Source of the DNA: Girardia tigrina
Lineage: Eukaryota
Direction: 5' to 3'
DNA: 54,050 nucleotides
Assembly (NCBI GenBank): GCA_001938485.1
Contig: MQRK01220486.1
Span: 4,273 to 58,322, forward strand
A program made the position numbers and the translations under genes. Shown piece after piece: positions 41,301 through 51,573 of the stretch. The notes under the pieces were generated by a model that made no database searches, had not been told where the DNA came from, and saw only the letters and a program-made list of their open reading frames with translations. Position 1 is the stretch's first letter, and each line of letters opens with the position of its first letter.

Positions 41301-44300
41301 ATTTCTATTTTCCATTAACTAAATAAATTAAATAACACAAAATAATCTGGAAAATTTATTATTTAGAATGATCAACATACGGTTGTTTCAGGATTGTTGG
41401 TATTAGTGTTGTGAAATAAATAGATTGTTTTCTGGGGTCCCAAATCAGTATTAGGTATATTTCTATACCAGTAAAAACGTGTCAAATGAAATTATCAACA
41501 TGAGATTTGCTGAACAAATGTTGATTCCGTGTTTAGACCGCTACTAAACATTCATCGGGTGAAACTCACTATGCGAGTGGTTTAGATGTCGGTAGTTCGA
41601 TGAAAATTCGTCGACGTGAGTACCATGTGAGACGAATTTCCAGTACCGACTAAACCAGAAAACCCGAAAAATGATTAGTGCTCCGGTTGGAGGCGTCGCG
41701 GCTAATGATATGGAAATCGATTTGTTGGTTTTCTACATGCGATAAAGTCCGCTGACAATGACTGGTAACGTATACCCACTTACTAGTTTGGGACGATAGA
41801 AATTTATTGTGGTAACATTGTGATAACCGTAACAACGTACATAAAATTGACATTGTCGTGCTTTAAACAAAACATACTCCATTGTTACAGTAAATGAAAG
41901 ACTGATTAATTAAATCAAATTCAAGATAAAGGTTACACATAAAATTTCGAATTATCTGTAAGACAGTTAAAAATAATCAAAATAAACCGTGGTTTATGAT
42001 ATTTGGGAGGTACACGAACGATTCGGTATTGTCGTCGTCGTCGTCATGGAAGCACGATCCTCTGATCGTCGGAAGTTGGAGAGAGATCGCGTCGTCAATA
42101 TCGAGTTCGAACACGTAGCAAATGGCTAACACGTGACCGATTCATTCGGTAAATTGTGTAGACTTAAACACGATTGAAGNACGCGTCGAAAGATCGCATT
42201 TCGACAGGTTTTCGAACCAATTGGTCGGTCGATAAACAATAATATTTTTCGACAATCGTTTCATTAACAAATCGTTCGCGGGTGCCGATCCTTTGACGTT
42301 TTTACGATGTTGAAATTCCCCAAAGTTATCCTTCGCTGAAATGGAATTAAATGACGTTTTCAGATGAGATTTATCGGTGGCGATTCGGATGTTATTTCTC
42401 ATCTTCGCATGTCACCAACGAAACTCCAATTCATTTTTATTGATTCATTTTTTTAATTCATCAATAATTAATAATTCTCTATATATATACATTTAATATA
42501 TAAATAAATGTAAATATAGGATCACTACAGTCCCCTTTTCTAGACTCTTCTCTTATGTACATAATAATTATGTACATACTTCTTTTATGTATGTAATTCA
42601 TCATCTATTTAGTCCACTTCTACTACTGGATATTTCCTATTCGTGTATGTTGGCCGTTCTCTATACCGTTGATTTGAGTAATTTTGCCTGTTATTCCATC
42701 GATTATTTCCATTATCCCTTTTCCATTGATCACGCTCCCTAAATCTATTAGGGTTTTCATAACACTGTGTTCTTAAATGCCATTTTCTATTACAATGACT
42801 ACACTTCACGTTAGGGCCCTCTCTTCTAACATGACATTCATCATGGCATGCCAAAAAAGTAATTTTTCGCACTTAAAAATTTCTTCTTGTTTCTTGTTCT
42901 ATGAATTTTTCGTTCTGTGATCTTGGTGTACTTTTTTTTATTTTCCACTGTTCTCCATTCATTTTCTCTTTTTGTGTTATATGCCGCTACACGAGCATTT
43001 CTTTTCTTTTTATCATATTCGAACATTCTCGTTCGAATTTCTCCAATCTCTTCATATTTCTTGACACTTGTGATAGCTATTTCTTTCTGCACGTTCTCGT
43101 CATCTATCGGATTAGCGAAGATCAAATTTGATAGTTCTTTTTTACCAAACTTTTTCTCAATTAACTTTTCAATGATTTCATCAGAATTTCTAAATGTTAC
43201 TGTTGGATCGCTGGATCCAATTCTCATTCTACTAGTTCCTTCATTAGATCCAGAATAGATTTTTCCTTTAAAAATGAAGATCTTAGTTTCTCTTCACATG
43301 TTTCACCTACCGCTGCTTCATATTTTATTATGACATCCTGAGTCATAAATGGTGTTACTAATAAGATTTCGGTCTCCCCTGAAAATCCTATAATCTTCGC
43401 ATATCTGTTAAAGCTCGTTATGAATGTCTCAACTTTTGTTTCTGATCCATCAAAAATCTCCGGACCTCTAATGTTCGGAATCACGTGGTCGTGTGTCGCC
43501 ATATTAAGAACACCAGCATGGGTTTTCCTACTTTTATTTTCAATACAATTAGAATTGTCTTTTGGACAACTCTCAGCAAAGCTTTCGTAATTCGACATCG
43601 TTCTAAATTGATAACTTTTTGTTAATGTTTTTTAATAAACAATTATTCGCACAAATTTTTCATTATTTTTAGATTTTAATTTTAAAGTTCAAATTTTGTA
43701 ATTTTAGTAATAATTTTATCTACATATTAATTCTATTCAAAAAATGATTTTATGTAAAGAAGGAACATTTATTTAATTAAAAACGTAGTTAAAAGCTATT
43801 TACTTTATTTAAATTTTTAATATTAAAATTTGAAACGATTTAATATTTTTAAAGTTTTTTAAATATCTTATGCTGTACTTTAAAATGCAAATTATACTCG
43901 AATAATTATTTATCGTGAACATCTAAAATATCAATTTTCCATCTGGGTGGGAGAAACACATTTCCAAATACTAAACTCAACATACCAAATTTAAAATATT
44001 CCTCACAAAATCAGTGTAACTACGAGTAATATTACTTGATCGAGTGATTGTGAATAATCAATAGTCTGAATTTTGAGATGGCGATTTGTATCTCAGATGT
44101 ACGAGTTTTTACACCCGTGACAATTAAATTTATAAACCAGATTAGCTTGCAATCCACCAATTGTTGTTGACGTATTTGAAACATTGAAACAACTTTTCAC
44201 TACCTTATTTCTTGCATATACTCTTCTTAAATGCTTTAAATCCTTCAAGATTATTTTTTGTACTCTTCAATATTGTGTTTTTGTAATCCTTTTTAACTCG

Positions 44301-47012
44301 TGTTTATGTAAATAATTTGCCCAATGCAACCTTAATTTTGTGATCTATTTGTTTGCTTGTGTACATGTTATCCCTCAAGCGTACTCGAAGAAAACCTAAA
44401 CCATAATCTACGATTTCAAGAGCGAAAGTGAAATTACAAACTCAATGAATTGAGCCTTTTATTTTATGTAGACTTTCTTTGACTGTATTCTCACTTCCAT
44501 GGGTTCAAATAATAACTTCTTTTGACTAGATTACAGAAGAAAGTTCCCTTTTAACCATTTGGACCCGAGATTTCTGAGTAAAAAACCTAAATTTTTTAAT
44601 GCGTCAAATTGCATCAAAATATATTTAGATTGAATGGTGATACGATATTGTGCAATAAAAGCCACAGAAACACTTATTTACAATAGTTAGTGTAATAATC
44701 TATAATAATCGATTTTAGTTTTTGACACTATTTTTTACACTCATGACAAAATACAATTTTATTTTTATATTGTCCACTTTTTATATTTATCCACTTTTAG
44801 TTATTTGACCTTCTTTTATTCCTTTTAACTTTATTTTTTTTGTGTAAACTGCTAATGTTATCCTTCCAACATAATGAATATGAATGTATTTTATGTTTTT
44901 TATTCAGATCTATGAATGTATGTAACTTGATGGTGGACATAGTAAAGTCGTTTATCAAGATTCATATTTATTTTTGTTTTATTTACGTTAGATCATTTAT
45001 TTATTTATTATTTCTGTCATTTTTATTTTTAAAATTTATCTTGTAATAATAATATTGTTGTTGATGGCGATATCGAAAATTAAATAATAAAATCGATCGC
45101 TTCATAAACAATATATAAATTGTCTAACACAACACAGATAAACGACGTGAAAACGCTCTTGATAATTCGTGATTTTAAACGACTATTTTTGTACAATTCG
45201 CCAAGTTTTCCGGACAATTCTACTTCGCCGAAATTTTATGATCATCTAGTGGGACAATAACCAACAAATCGATCCAAACAGGCTCATTGGATCGTTAAAA
45301 AATAGATTTAACAAATAAATAAATGAGCAAATTTCGTCTTAACAAATAAAACTTTATTTTACAAATATTCTATTAATCACTATTGTCATTCGATTTGCTG
45401 TCTCGCACCATCAGCATCAATACTCTACTTTACTGTGGTAGTCGGCAAGTAATTGATCATCACTAGATCCAATACAAAGACACACCTTATAAAGAAGGCA
45501 GATCCTTTGGATGATAAAGCGGCCACTCAGATTCAAATGGTTATCATTCTTTATAATTCATTTTTCAAAACTATCGGTCTTAGAACTTTTCAGACTTCAC
45601 GTTTATAAATATGAGTTGTATTAATTTACAAAGACTTAAAATAAAGAATATTTAAATATTAATATTGTTAAATTTAGAGGGACACTCAAAAATAACATGT
45701 GACAAAAGTAAAATTCACATGGTCAACTTTAATAAGTTCAATAAATAAAAATTTAAGAGATAATAAAATTTATCAATGGAAAATGACGAATATTTTTACA
45801 GCGATTTTAAAATTATTGTATAAGAATTTTAATTGTATTGTGAGTTCAAATTTGAATAACAATAATGTCGTTATCAATTCTAATTAGTAATTTTATCATA
45901 TTTTATTATATTTGTTGAGTCCATATTCTCAGGACACATAATCAGTTATGAATATTATTTGGTGAATGCCAAAACCCATACAGAGGGTCTATTGAAGGAT
46001 CTATGGACATATAACGTGGTTCTTTACAAAACGATGATTTATTTAAAATATTAAAATATATTTATTTAAAATATTATTTAGACAAAACTCAATGCATCAA
46101 GGCATCATAAGAATCACGATGCATTTTACAAAATAGAATAAAAATAAAAAAGAGTACATTACTTACCTTCAATAAAGTTCATAACACTTCCAACTTTACC
46201 AACGTCGTATGACTTTAGTCTGCAAAATTCGACTATTGCACTGAGAGAAACTGCAATGAAAATGAGAAAATTTCCAACTATAATTTTTAATTTTATATTT
46301 GAATAAAATTTGTTAAACCACTTGAAATTTAGTTTTATAAAAATAATGAGAACTGCTAACAGTATGAAAACATTTACGTTACACATTACGTTCGCTAAAA
46401 AATTTCTTTTCTAAAAATAAAATATAAAATAATAAATTAATAATCAGTAATAAAAATTAGTTATTATAATTGTTAAACCATCTTATATATTTTGATGAAA
46501 TACATTTCAAAACTGAAAGGTGAATCATTTTATGAATGTGTAGACAATCTGATTAAAAACATATTAATAGGAACCTGTGTACTTCATCTATTTTACAACT
46601 GTTAGGTTTAGAGAAGTTAGAATAGTAAAATAATTAAATTTTAGCAGTATGGAATGATATTTATCCGACAAAAATTAAACTTACTTTTGATACGGACAGT
46701 TTATAGAACGGACTATTAGGATTGCAGTTTTTCAAAAGACAAAAGTGTGTTGATGGAAAAAATGGCCGTTATCCGTCTGAGCGCTAATCTACTATTGTAA
46801 TTACTATTGATTCACTAAAATCAACCATTCAGTTGCTATCGCTTGCAAATAAAAAATGTCAATTTCTAAAAAATTTTTTTTCACTTCTTTTAATAAAAAG
46901 TCCCATAAATTACATTTAAAAAATTTAGAGAAAAAGAATGTTTTCAAACAGCGTAAAATATGAAAATTAAAATGAAATAGAAATATGGGTAGATCACTGT
47001 TAGCATAATTCA

Positions 47013-47050
<38 letters not shown>

Positions 47051-50000
47051 GACTGTTACCACTGCTAGTGATGAATAAAATTCATGTTTAACATAAAAAA
47101 TTCTTACGCCAATCAATGTTTATTAATTTCGACGGTTTAACCGTCATCGTCAGAACAAATGATTTTTCAAACGAAATTTACCTATATAGTGCAGCTAATG
47201 ATTACGCGATCAATACGTAATCAGTACATCATGGTTGTAGAGAATGCAGTTTGAACGTTAATTTTAGGAATCAAAGATCTTGTATATAACGCTTCACAGG
47301 TCACTCTCTCCCAATAATTTTTAAATTGAGTGCACAGAATTTTAAAGTGTTGTGAAGTTATATCTCCTTTACATTGTCTTCTATGTCCTGCAATGTTACT
47401 TCCAACTTCATTGCGACTGTGTTCCTGGATTCTCTTACAGAGATGACGTGAAGTCTCTCCAATGCATGTGGCGTTACACTGTTTACATGTATATTGGTAA
47501 ATGAAATCCGAACAAAATCCAAATGACGTTGGAGATTTATTACCGAACATGCTTTCAATTTTCTGGGTACGAGATATTAGTTTTAAACTTATTGCATTAT
47601 CTAACGCTTTCAAAATAGAATTTGTAAATATTTTAAACTCTTTTGAATATGGTACATTTAATACATAACCAATTTCCAAACTTTTATCATTAGTGTTGCA
47701 AAGATTGCTCTTGATCTTGAACATCTGAAATTTTAGTATTATTTTTTTGTCAATTAATTTATCAATAGTTTCCTTTGTTAATTTCTCCACTTTTGATTTT
47801 GAATATCCGTTATCATATAATAATTTGTTTAATTTATTAAGCCTGTCATTATATCCGGCAAACAGTTGATTGTTACGTATTAAGCTTCTCTGATAACTCT
47901 ATCGTTGTTTGGCTTGATTTTTTTTCCAATATTGACTTCAAAATATCGTCACCAAAGTCTGAAGGGTGACCCTCCCCTTTGGTTCGTCTTTCAAGTTCAC
48001 GTCACCAGAACGGAATTTGAGAAATCAATTTCTTACTTCCCGATCGGTTATCACTCCCGCACCATACACACTGCATATTTTTTGGGCCTTAGCAGCAGCA
48101 CTATTGCCTTGCTTAAATTCACAAAGCATAACATAGCGTAAGCGTACTTTTCGATTCTCAATTTTAAAGGAGAAAAAAAATTCAACATAATGCACAAAAT
48201 GCTAGACAGCTGTCTAAAGACTAAATAAAGTCTAAATAAATTAATTAAATAAATTAATTAATGTTAATAAATATTTTACATTTATTTTCAAAAATTAAGA
48301 TGAAACTCAGAAATATATTAATCAATAAAAATATCGAATTGCGAAAGTGGTTTGAATAATTGTTGTTATGACAATGCTACTTGTAATATTAATATACAGG
48401 GTGATCATAAAGTAATTACCGGGTTTTAAACTGCAATAACATTTGAATTATATTGTATTTCTTTTTAATTATAAAGACATCATGAAGCTTATTCTTTAAT
48501 ATTTAATTAAAAGTAAATTTTGTTTAAATGTATTATTTGTTGTTATTGTTTGAAGCGTAAGATTCAAAATGGATGTAAATCAGCGTTTAAAAATTGTTAT
48601 TTTATTAGCGAAGCATGATTCAGTGACTCTAGTAAGAAGAAAACTTCAAGGACTTAAATGGAAAAGTATTCCAACCGAAAAAGTATTAGAAGCATCTTCA
48701 AAAAGTTTGAAGATACAGGAAGCGTTCTAAATCCCCCAAAATCTGGAAGACCACAAATTGATGATGATCAACTCTGAATAGCTCTTATGGAACTGTTCAA
48801 AAAGTATTGAGAAACGACTTAAAAATGTTCACTTACTGAATTCAAGCCACGCAACTTTTGTATGAAGAAGATTGCGTTCTTAGACGTGTTATGTGTGAAA
48901 CGTTAATTCAATCGATAGATGCAGATGAAAATTTTCTTAGTGACATGATATTCTCTGATGAGTCAACTTTTCATCTTAACGGCATTGTAAACAGACATAA
49001 CTGTCGCACTTGGGGCACTGAAACACCAACCGAAACATATCAGAGGTCACAGGCTAGTGAAAAAGTTAATGTTTGGATGGGGTTGTCTTCAACTTGTGTT
49101 TATGGGCCTTTTTTTATTGAAGGAAACATAACAGCAGCGCTTTACCTGGATATGTTAAAAAGTTTCTTTATGCCATCGTTATCAAGAACATGCAAATGGA
49201 AAGCTGTGTTCCAGCAAGATATAGCACCTGCCAATTATTCACTAATTGTGCGACAATTTCTGGATGAAGCGATTCCACAACGTTGGCTGGGACGATGTGG
49301 TCCTTATGTATGGCCGGCCAAGTCACCTGATTTCACACCACTCGATTTTTTGTGTGAGAGTATTTGAAGAATGAAGTATATAAGAGAAAACGAGAAACAA
49401 TTTAGCAACTTAAAGATTTTATTTGTCAAGAAGCAGCAAAAAATAGATGGTGAAATGTGCCAAAATGCCATTAAGTCTTTTCATGGACGCCTTAAACATT
49501 GTATTGATTTTGATGGTTATTCTGTTGAATTTTATTAAATTTTATTAAATGCTTTTTTTGTTATTTAAAACTATTTTTTCATAATGTTTTGCCAAAAAAA
49601 GTTATTGCAGTTTAAAACCCGGTAGTTACTTTGTGATCACCCTGTATGTTCAAAAATCATATTGGTGTTGTTAATAAATGTCAAAATATATTAAGATCAG
49701 AAAATACAAAATAAAAATATACATTTAAAATTATAATCATACTTCTGAAGAAAGTGTTATATTTGGTTGTTGAAAGCAATAAATCTGAAATTCATACATA
49801 TACAATTGCTAGTTAATGATAATATTAAAATATATCATTTGTAAAGTTTGTACTTGAACATCACAAATACCGAATATTAGAAGAAGGAAAAACATAATAA
49901 TGGCTTTTGAAAGGGAAATAATTTCTTTTTTGACTTCCTCTTTCACAATTGATAAGCTCGAATATTCCCTGAAAGAAAATAAAATTACTGGTAAATAACG

Positions 50001-50797
50001 ATATAATTGTTCCTGTAAAAATAAATTGTTTGGTTGGATATCAAAAGTTGAATTCGTAACACCAAATTGTTATTCATATAACACACTAACGCATTTTTTG
50101 AACAAAATTTTGAGAAGAAATTTTTCTTTTGAAAAAACCATTTAGACATAATTAAATAAAAATACGAATACTTAATTTATTATTTATTTAATTTTGGAAA
50201 TTTTCAAAATTAATTTTACAACATTAATTTTATTATAATTTTATCCTTTAGAAATCTCAATAAAATTCTTTTATTTTAATTCAATTTAGAAATCTTCAAA
50301 ATTAATTTTCCAACATTACTTTTATTATTTTTTAAAAAATCTTTACTAAGCTTTTCCAATTTATTATCATAAATTTTCATTAAAAAACTTAAAGTAAATT
50401 TTTTCATTTTGGTTATTATAGAATTTCTGTATAATAAATTTTTATTTTTTTTATACTGATGTTTCAATTTTAGACTTAAATTTAAAATACTTTCAATCCT
50501 AAAATCTTTCGATGTTTTAATTTAAAAAGACCTTTTTTAAATATTTTGAAAATTCCTTTGAGAGATTTTAAATACTAAAATTCAAAAATGTTTGTGAGCT
50601 CTAAACATAAATAATACAGTTTCAGATGACAATGTTTCTAATTTTTCAAACTTTTTGAAGAAAGTAAATTTTCTTCTTCAACATTGAATAAAAAAACATT
50701 AAAAAATAAACAAAATATTATTACCTGCCAAACTGGCGAATAACAGAAACAACATTGACTCTGTGAGAATCAATCTTGAAAGCATCCCAATATAGTC
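19934..50797 (-). CDS. POT/PTR2 (SLC15-like) proton-dependent oligopeptide transporter paralog A, C-terminal half: exons 50797-50725, 49968-49854, 49808-49743, 46410-46167, 22084-22001, 20250-19934
   Basis: All six exons are GT-AG bounded and join in frame without stops. Translation includes LLIFGICDVQ-QLYMYEFQ, KIIVGNFLIFIAVSLSAIVEFCRL, SNMSAFWTVPQIIFLGMSEVFVIPSG-IQFIHSEITESIKYLS, matching POT-family C-bundle motifs (WQxPQY...SEVF...GLEFxYxEAPxSM). 5' exons were not resolved. Confidence 0.88.
20315..20363. repeat. (TA)n microsatellite
   Basis: Directly visible; another run at 47015-47047. Confidence 0.97.
20740..21628 (-). mobile_element. Decayed Tc1/mariner-superfamily remnant
   Basis: TA-CGGGGCGGATAAAAAG terminus at 21628 (minus strand) and degenerate transposase-like residues at 20850-21120; interrupted by the RPL24 fragment. 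Confidence 0.45.
21240..21380 (+). pseudogene. RPL24: Ribosomal protein eL24 fragment (frameshifted)
   Basis: TLVRLDGKSF / FFNRKKSKGSFGVKRNPRGVCWAVLYRRKNRKG matches eL24 RxDGKxFxF...KRNPRxxxWTVLYRRKHKKG; truncated at both ends. Confidence 0.85.
22360..23400 (-). mobile_element. Decayed Tc1/maT-like transposon split by a solo LTR
   Basis: Minus strand AAWVGICPTKNPIAFLDHGTKIDNRRYIDMIE at 22870-22985 resembles Tc1/maT DDE-domain sequence. Confidence 0.55.
22466..22853 (-). mobile_element. Solo LTR of the TG...TA gypsy family
   Basis: Same termini as the 37052-44007 LTRs (TGTGAGGAATATT...TTCTTAATA) and shared motif CCATCTGGGTGGGAGAA; TSD ACCAT/AACAT (4 of 5). Confidence 0.8.
23615..24604 (+). 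mobile_element. Decayed rosa/Visitor-type (DD41D-like) Tc1/mariner element
   Basis: FQQDGAPAQTAIASREFLNAKFP...WPPRSPDLS; degenerate TIRs (right end CTTATGGGCCACCCTG-TA). Confidence 0.75.
24900..25075 (-). pseudogene. NTMT1: N-terminal Xaa-Pro-Lys methyltransferase fragment
   Basis: KVLDYGTGIGRVTKNLFMDFFTSIDLI matches NTM1/Tae1 motif I (ALDCGAGIGRITKxLLxxxFxxVDxV); upstream in-frame stop, apparent internal deletion, 3' truncated. Confidence 0.75.
25800..26730 (+). mobile_element. mariner (DD34D) transposase pseudogene, 5'-truncated
   Basis: WLPHE, ITGDEK*, QQDNARPH, HPPYSPDLAPSDF with 34 residues between D2 and D3; in-frame stop and frameshifts. Confidence 0.95.
26810..28290 (+). mobile_element. 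Ty3/gypsy integrase remnant with PPT and 3' LTR (from 27889)
   Basis: HHCC region, MDFCGP, SSPYHHNTNGIVERQFRT, RYMGP; PPT GAGGGAGA then TGTGAGGAAT; related to the 37052-44007 element. Confidence 0.92.
28290..29240 (+). mobile_element. Penelope-like element 3' part (RT thumb, GIY-YIG, pLTR)
   Basis: ORFs 28405..28656 and 28705..28914 with VYEYTCNGCDATYIGETARHLCERIQEH. Confidence 0.92.
29176..29224 (+). ncRNA. Minimal type I hammerhead ribozyme motif
   Basis: TTAGtGAC-CTGAAGA-T-GACGG-tagat-CCGTC-GAAA-TAT-ATT-GTCtCTAA: stem I, core, stem II and palindromic stem III all present; AUU site. Confidence 0.85.
29288..29670. repeat. 20-bp tandem repeat (TTTTCATATTAAATACATAT) followed by repeated GCCGAATTCACGAA motifs
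   Basis: Directly visible degenerate tandem units; the second set resembles subterminal repeats of a DNA transposon. Confidence 0.7.
31000..31640 (-). mobile_element. Possible highly decayed MULE transposase remnant
   Basis: Minus strand DNNEMLILGTPDNLKMW at ~31280-31335 resembles the MULE ILIFxTxxNLxxL segment preceding DGTF; weak. Confidence 0.3.
31648..33590 (-). mobile_element. hAT transposon (BED finger, DDE, dimerisation domain), gapped and frameshifted
   Basis: SVWEF...CNRCNS...TTTLKRHIQQH BED finger; FSMTVDE; CLNHGLHL; LTIKPTSTDVERVF; TAGGG terminus at 31648. Confidence 0.93.
33592..33900 (-). mobile_element. Tigger/pogo (DDE_1) transposase fragment
   Basis: PVHWMANKKTWVT...ILLIDNAPGHP...VFLSPNTTSI. 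Confidence 0.9.
34040..34220 (+). mobile_element. mariner-like N-terminal HTH fragment
   Basis: FEFRSVIKFM...ATIYNWIHDFKSRNTSI. Confidence 0.6.
34780..37042 (+). mobile_element. Decayed hAT Buster/Charlie-type transposon (3' half) with ~1-kb AT-rich insertion at ~35298-36345
   Basis: VVNFIKTKP..RLFSKLC...HTEARWLS; later FSTLYLYELGYS and RIKELCEQHQAQV; right TIR GGTTGAGAAACACTG ending at 37042. Confidence 0.85.
41276..42529 (-). mobile_element. 1254-bp solo LTR nested in gag of the gypsy element
   Basis: TGTAATG...CACTACA termini with exact TSD GTCCC (41271-41275, 42530-42534); end resembles the solo LTR at 14290. Confidence 0.88.
43484..43500 (-). promoter_or_regulatory. Primer-binding site of the gypsy element
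   Basis: TGGCGACACACG... starting one base after the 5' LTR end; begins with TGG, complementary to tRNA CCA; tRNA identity not determined. Confidence 0.7.
47100..47850 (-). mobile_element. Penelope-like element 3' part (GIY-YIG, pLTR)
   Basis: ORF 47221..47790 with IYQYTCKQCNATCIGETSRHLCKRIQEH. Confidence 0.92.
47114..47161 (-). ncRNA. Minimal type I hammerhead ribozyme motif
   Basis: Minus strand TGTT-CTGACGA-T-GACGG-ttaaa-CCGTC-GAAA-TTA-ATA-AACA; AUA site. Confidence 0.83.
47850..48190 (-). mobile_element. mariner transposase 5' fragment
   Basis: VMLCEFKQGNSAAAKAQKICSVYG...FLKFRSGDVNLKDEP...QTTIELSEKLN. Confidence 0.85.
48397..49644 (+). mobile_element. Full-length rosa/Visitor (DD41D) Tc1/mariner element, frameshifted, inserted in an LTR remnant (~48200-49676)
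   Basis: ~44-bp TIRs CAGGGTGATCATAAAGTAATTACCGGGTTTTAAACTGCAATAAC, TA TSD; FSDEST, QQD-(41 aa)-D with WPAKSPDFTPLDF. Confidence 0.95.
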
Positions 50798-51269
50798 CTA
50801 ATTTAAAATTTTTTTAAAAACCTTTTAACTTAAAATTTAAAATACATTTAATTGTGTTCCTTTTAGAAGTTCAATTACTAAAGAAACTTTAACTGTAGAA
50901 AATTAAATTTGGAAAGGAAGCCGATAATAATCATCAGTGTTAAGTTACAAAAAAGTTCAGTCCGATAAGATTTTATAATTTTCAAGTCGTTTGATAGTCG
51001 CAGAAAAGTATTTCGTGGGGATATAATACGTAATAATTACTTTCATTTTCGAGTTTTTATTTTTACAGTTAAAAAAATTAAATTAATTATTATTAAAATA
51101 ATAAAATTTATAATACCATCGAAATACCACTAATACAACTCATATCACTTCATCATTGTTCCTTACTTTTATAGATGAAAGGATTTCGTTATCTGCAATA
51201 TGTTTTATGTTTTGAGGAAGAACAATTTCTATGCTCTGCAAAACTTTAGGTAATTAAGATCATAATTAA

Positions 51270-51570
51270 AAGTTTTCGGGGGGGGATTTTCTTAAATTTG
51301 CAAAATATTAATTATTTTGGATAATTCACATTTAAACTTAAACAGTTTAATTTATCCTTATTAAATGTTAGTTAAAAACTTTAAAGTTATTTTTTAATTT
51401 TGCAAAATATTAATTATTTTGGAAAGTTAACCTTTTAAAATTAAGGATTATAACTTATTCTTATTATTATTCAGTTAAAAAACTGAAATATTATCAAGAC
51501 CATGATTCAATTTTGTCGGGGGGGATATTTTTAATTTTCAAAATATTTCTTATTTTGGAAAGTTCCCCTT
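51270..51570. repeat. Degenerate tandem repeat (~3 units of ~120 bp)
   Basis: Recurring TTTGCAAAATATTAATTATTTTGGA with G-runs. Confidence 0.6.
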
Positions 51571-51573
51571 TTA

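Larger units (their letters stand above)
37052..44007 (-). mobile_element. Full-length decayed Ty3/gypsy LTR retrotransposon (5' LTR 44007-43502, 3' LTR 37586-37052)
   Basis: Two similar LTRs; exact 5-bp TSD AAATC (37047-37051, 44008-44012); gag with zinc knuckles, protease LDTG, RT YLDD, RNase H TDAS...RTDHKA, integrase, in gypsy order; many frameshifts. Confidence 0.97.

Noticed and set aside
50850-51240. Candidate upstream exons of paralog A
   Set aside because: Hydrophobic stretches exist but I could not assign stop-free GT-AG exons with the required phase.
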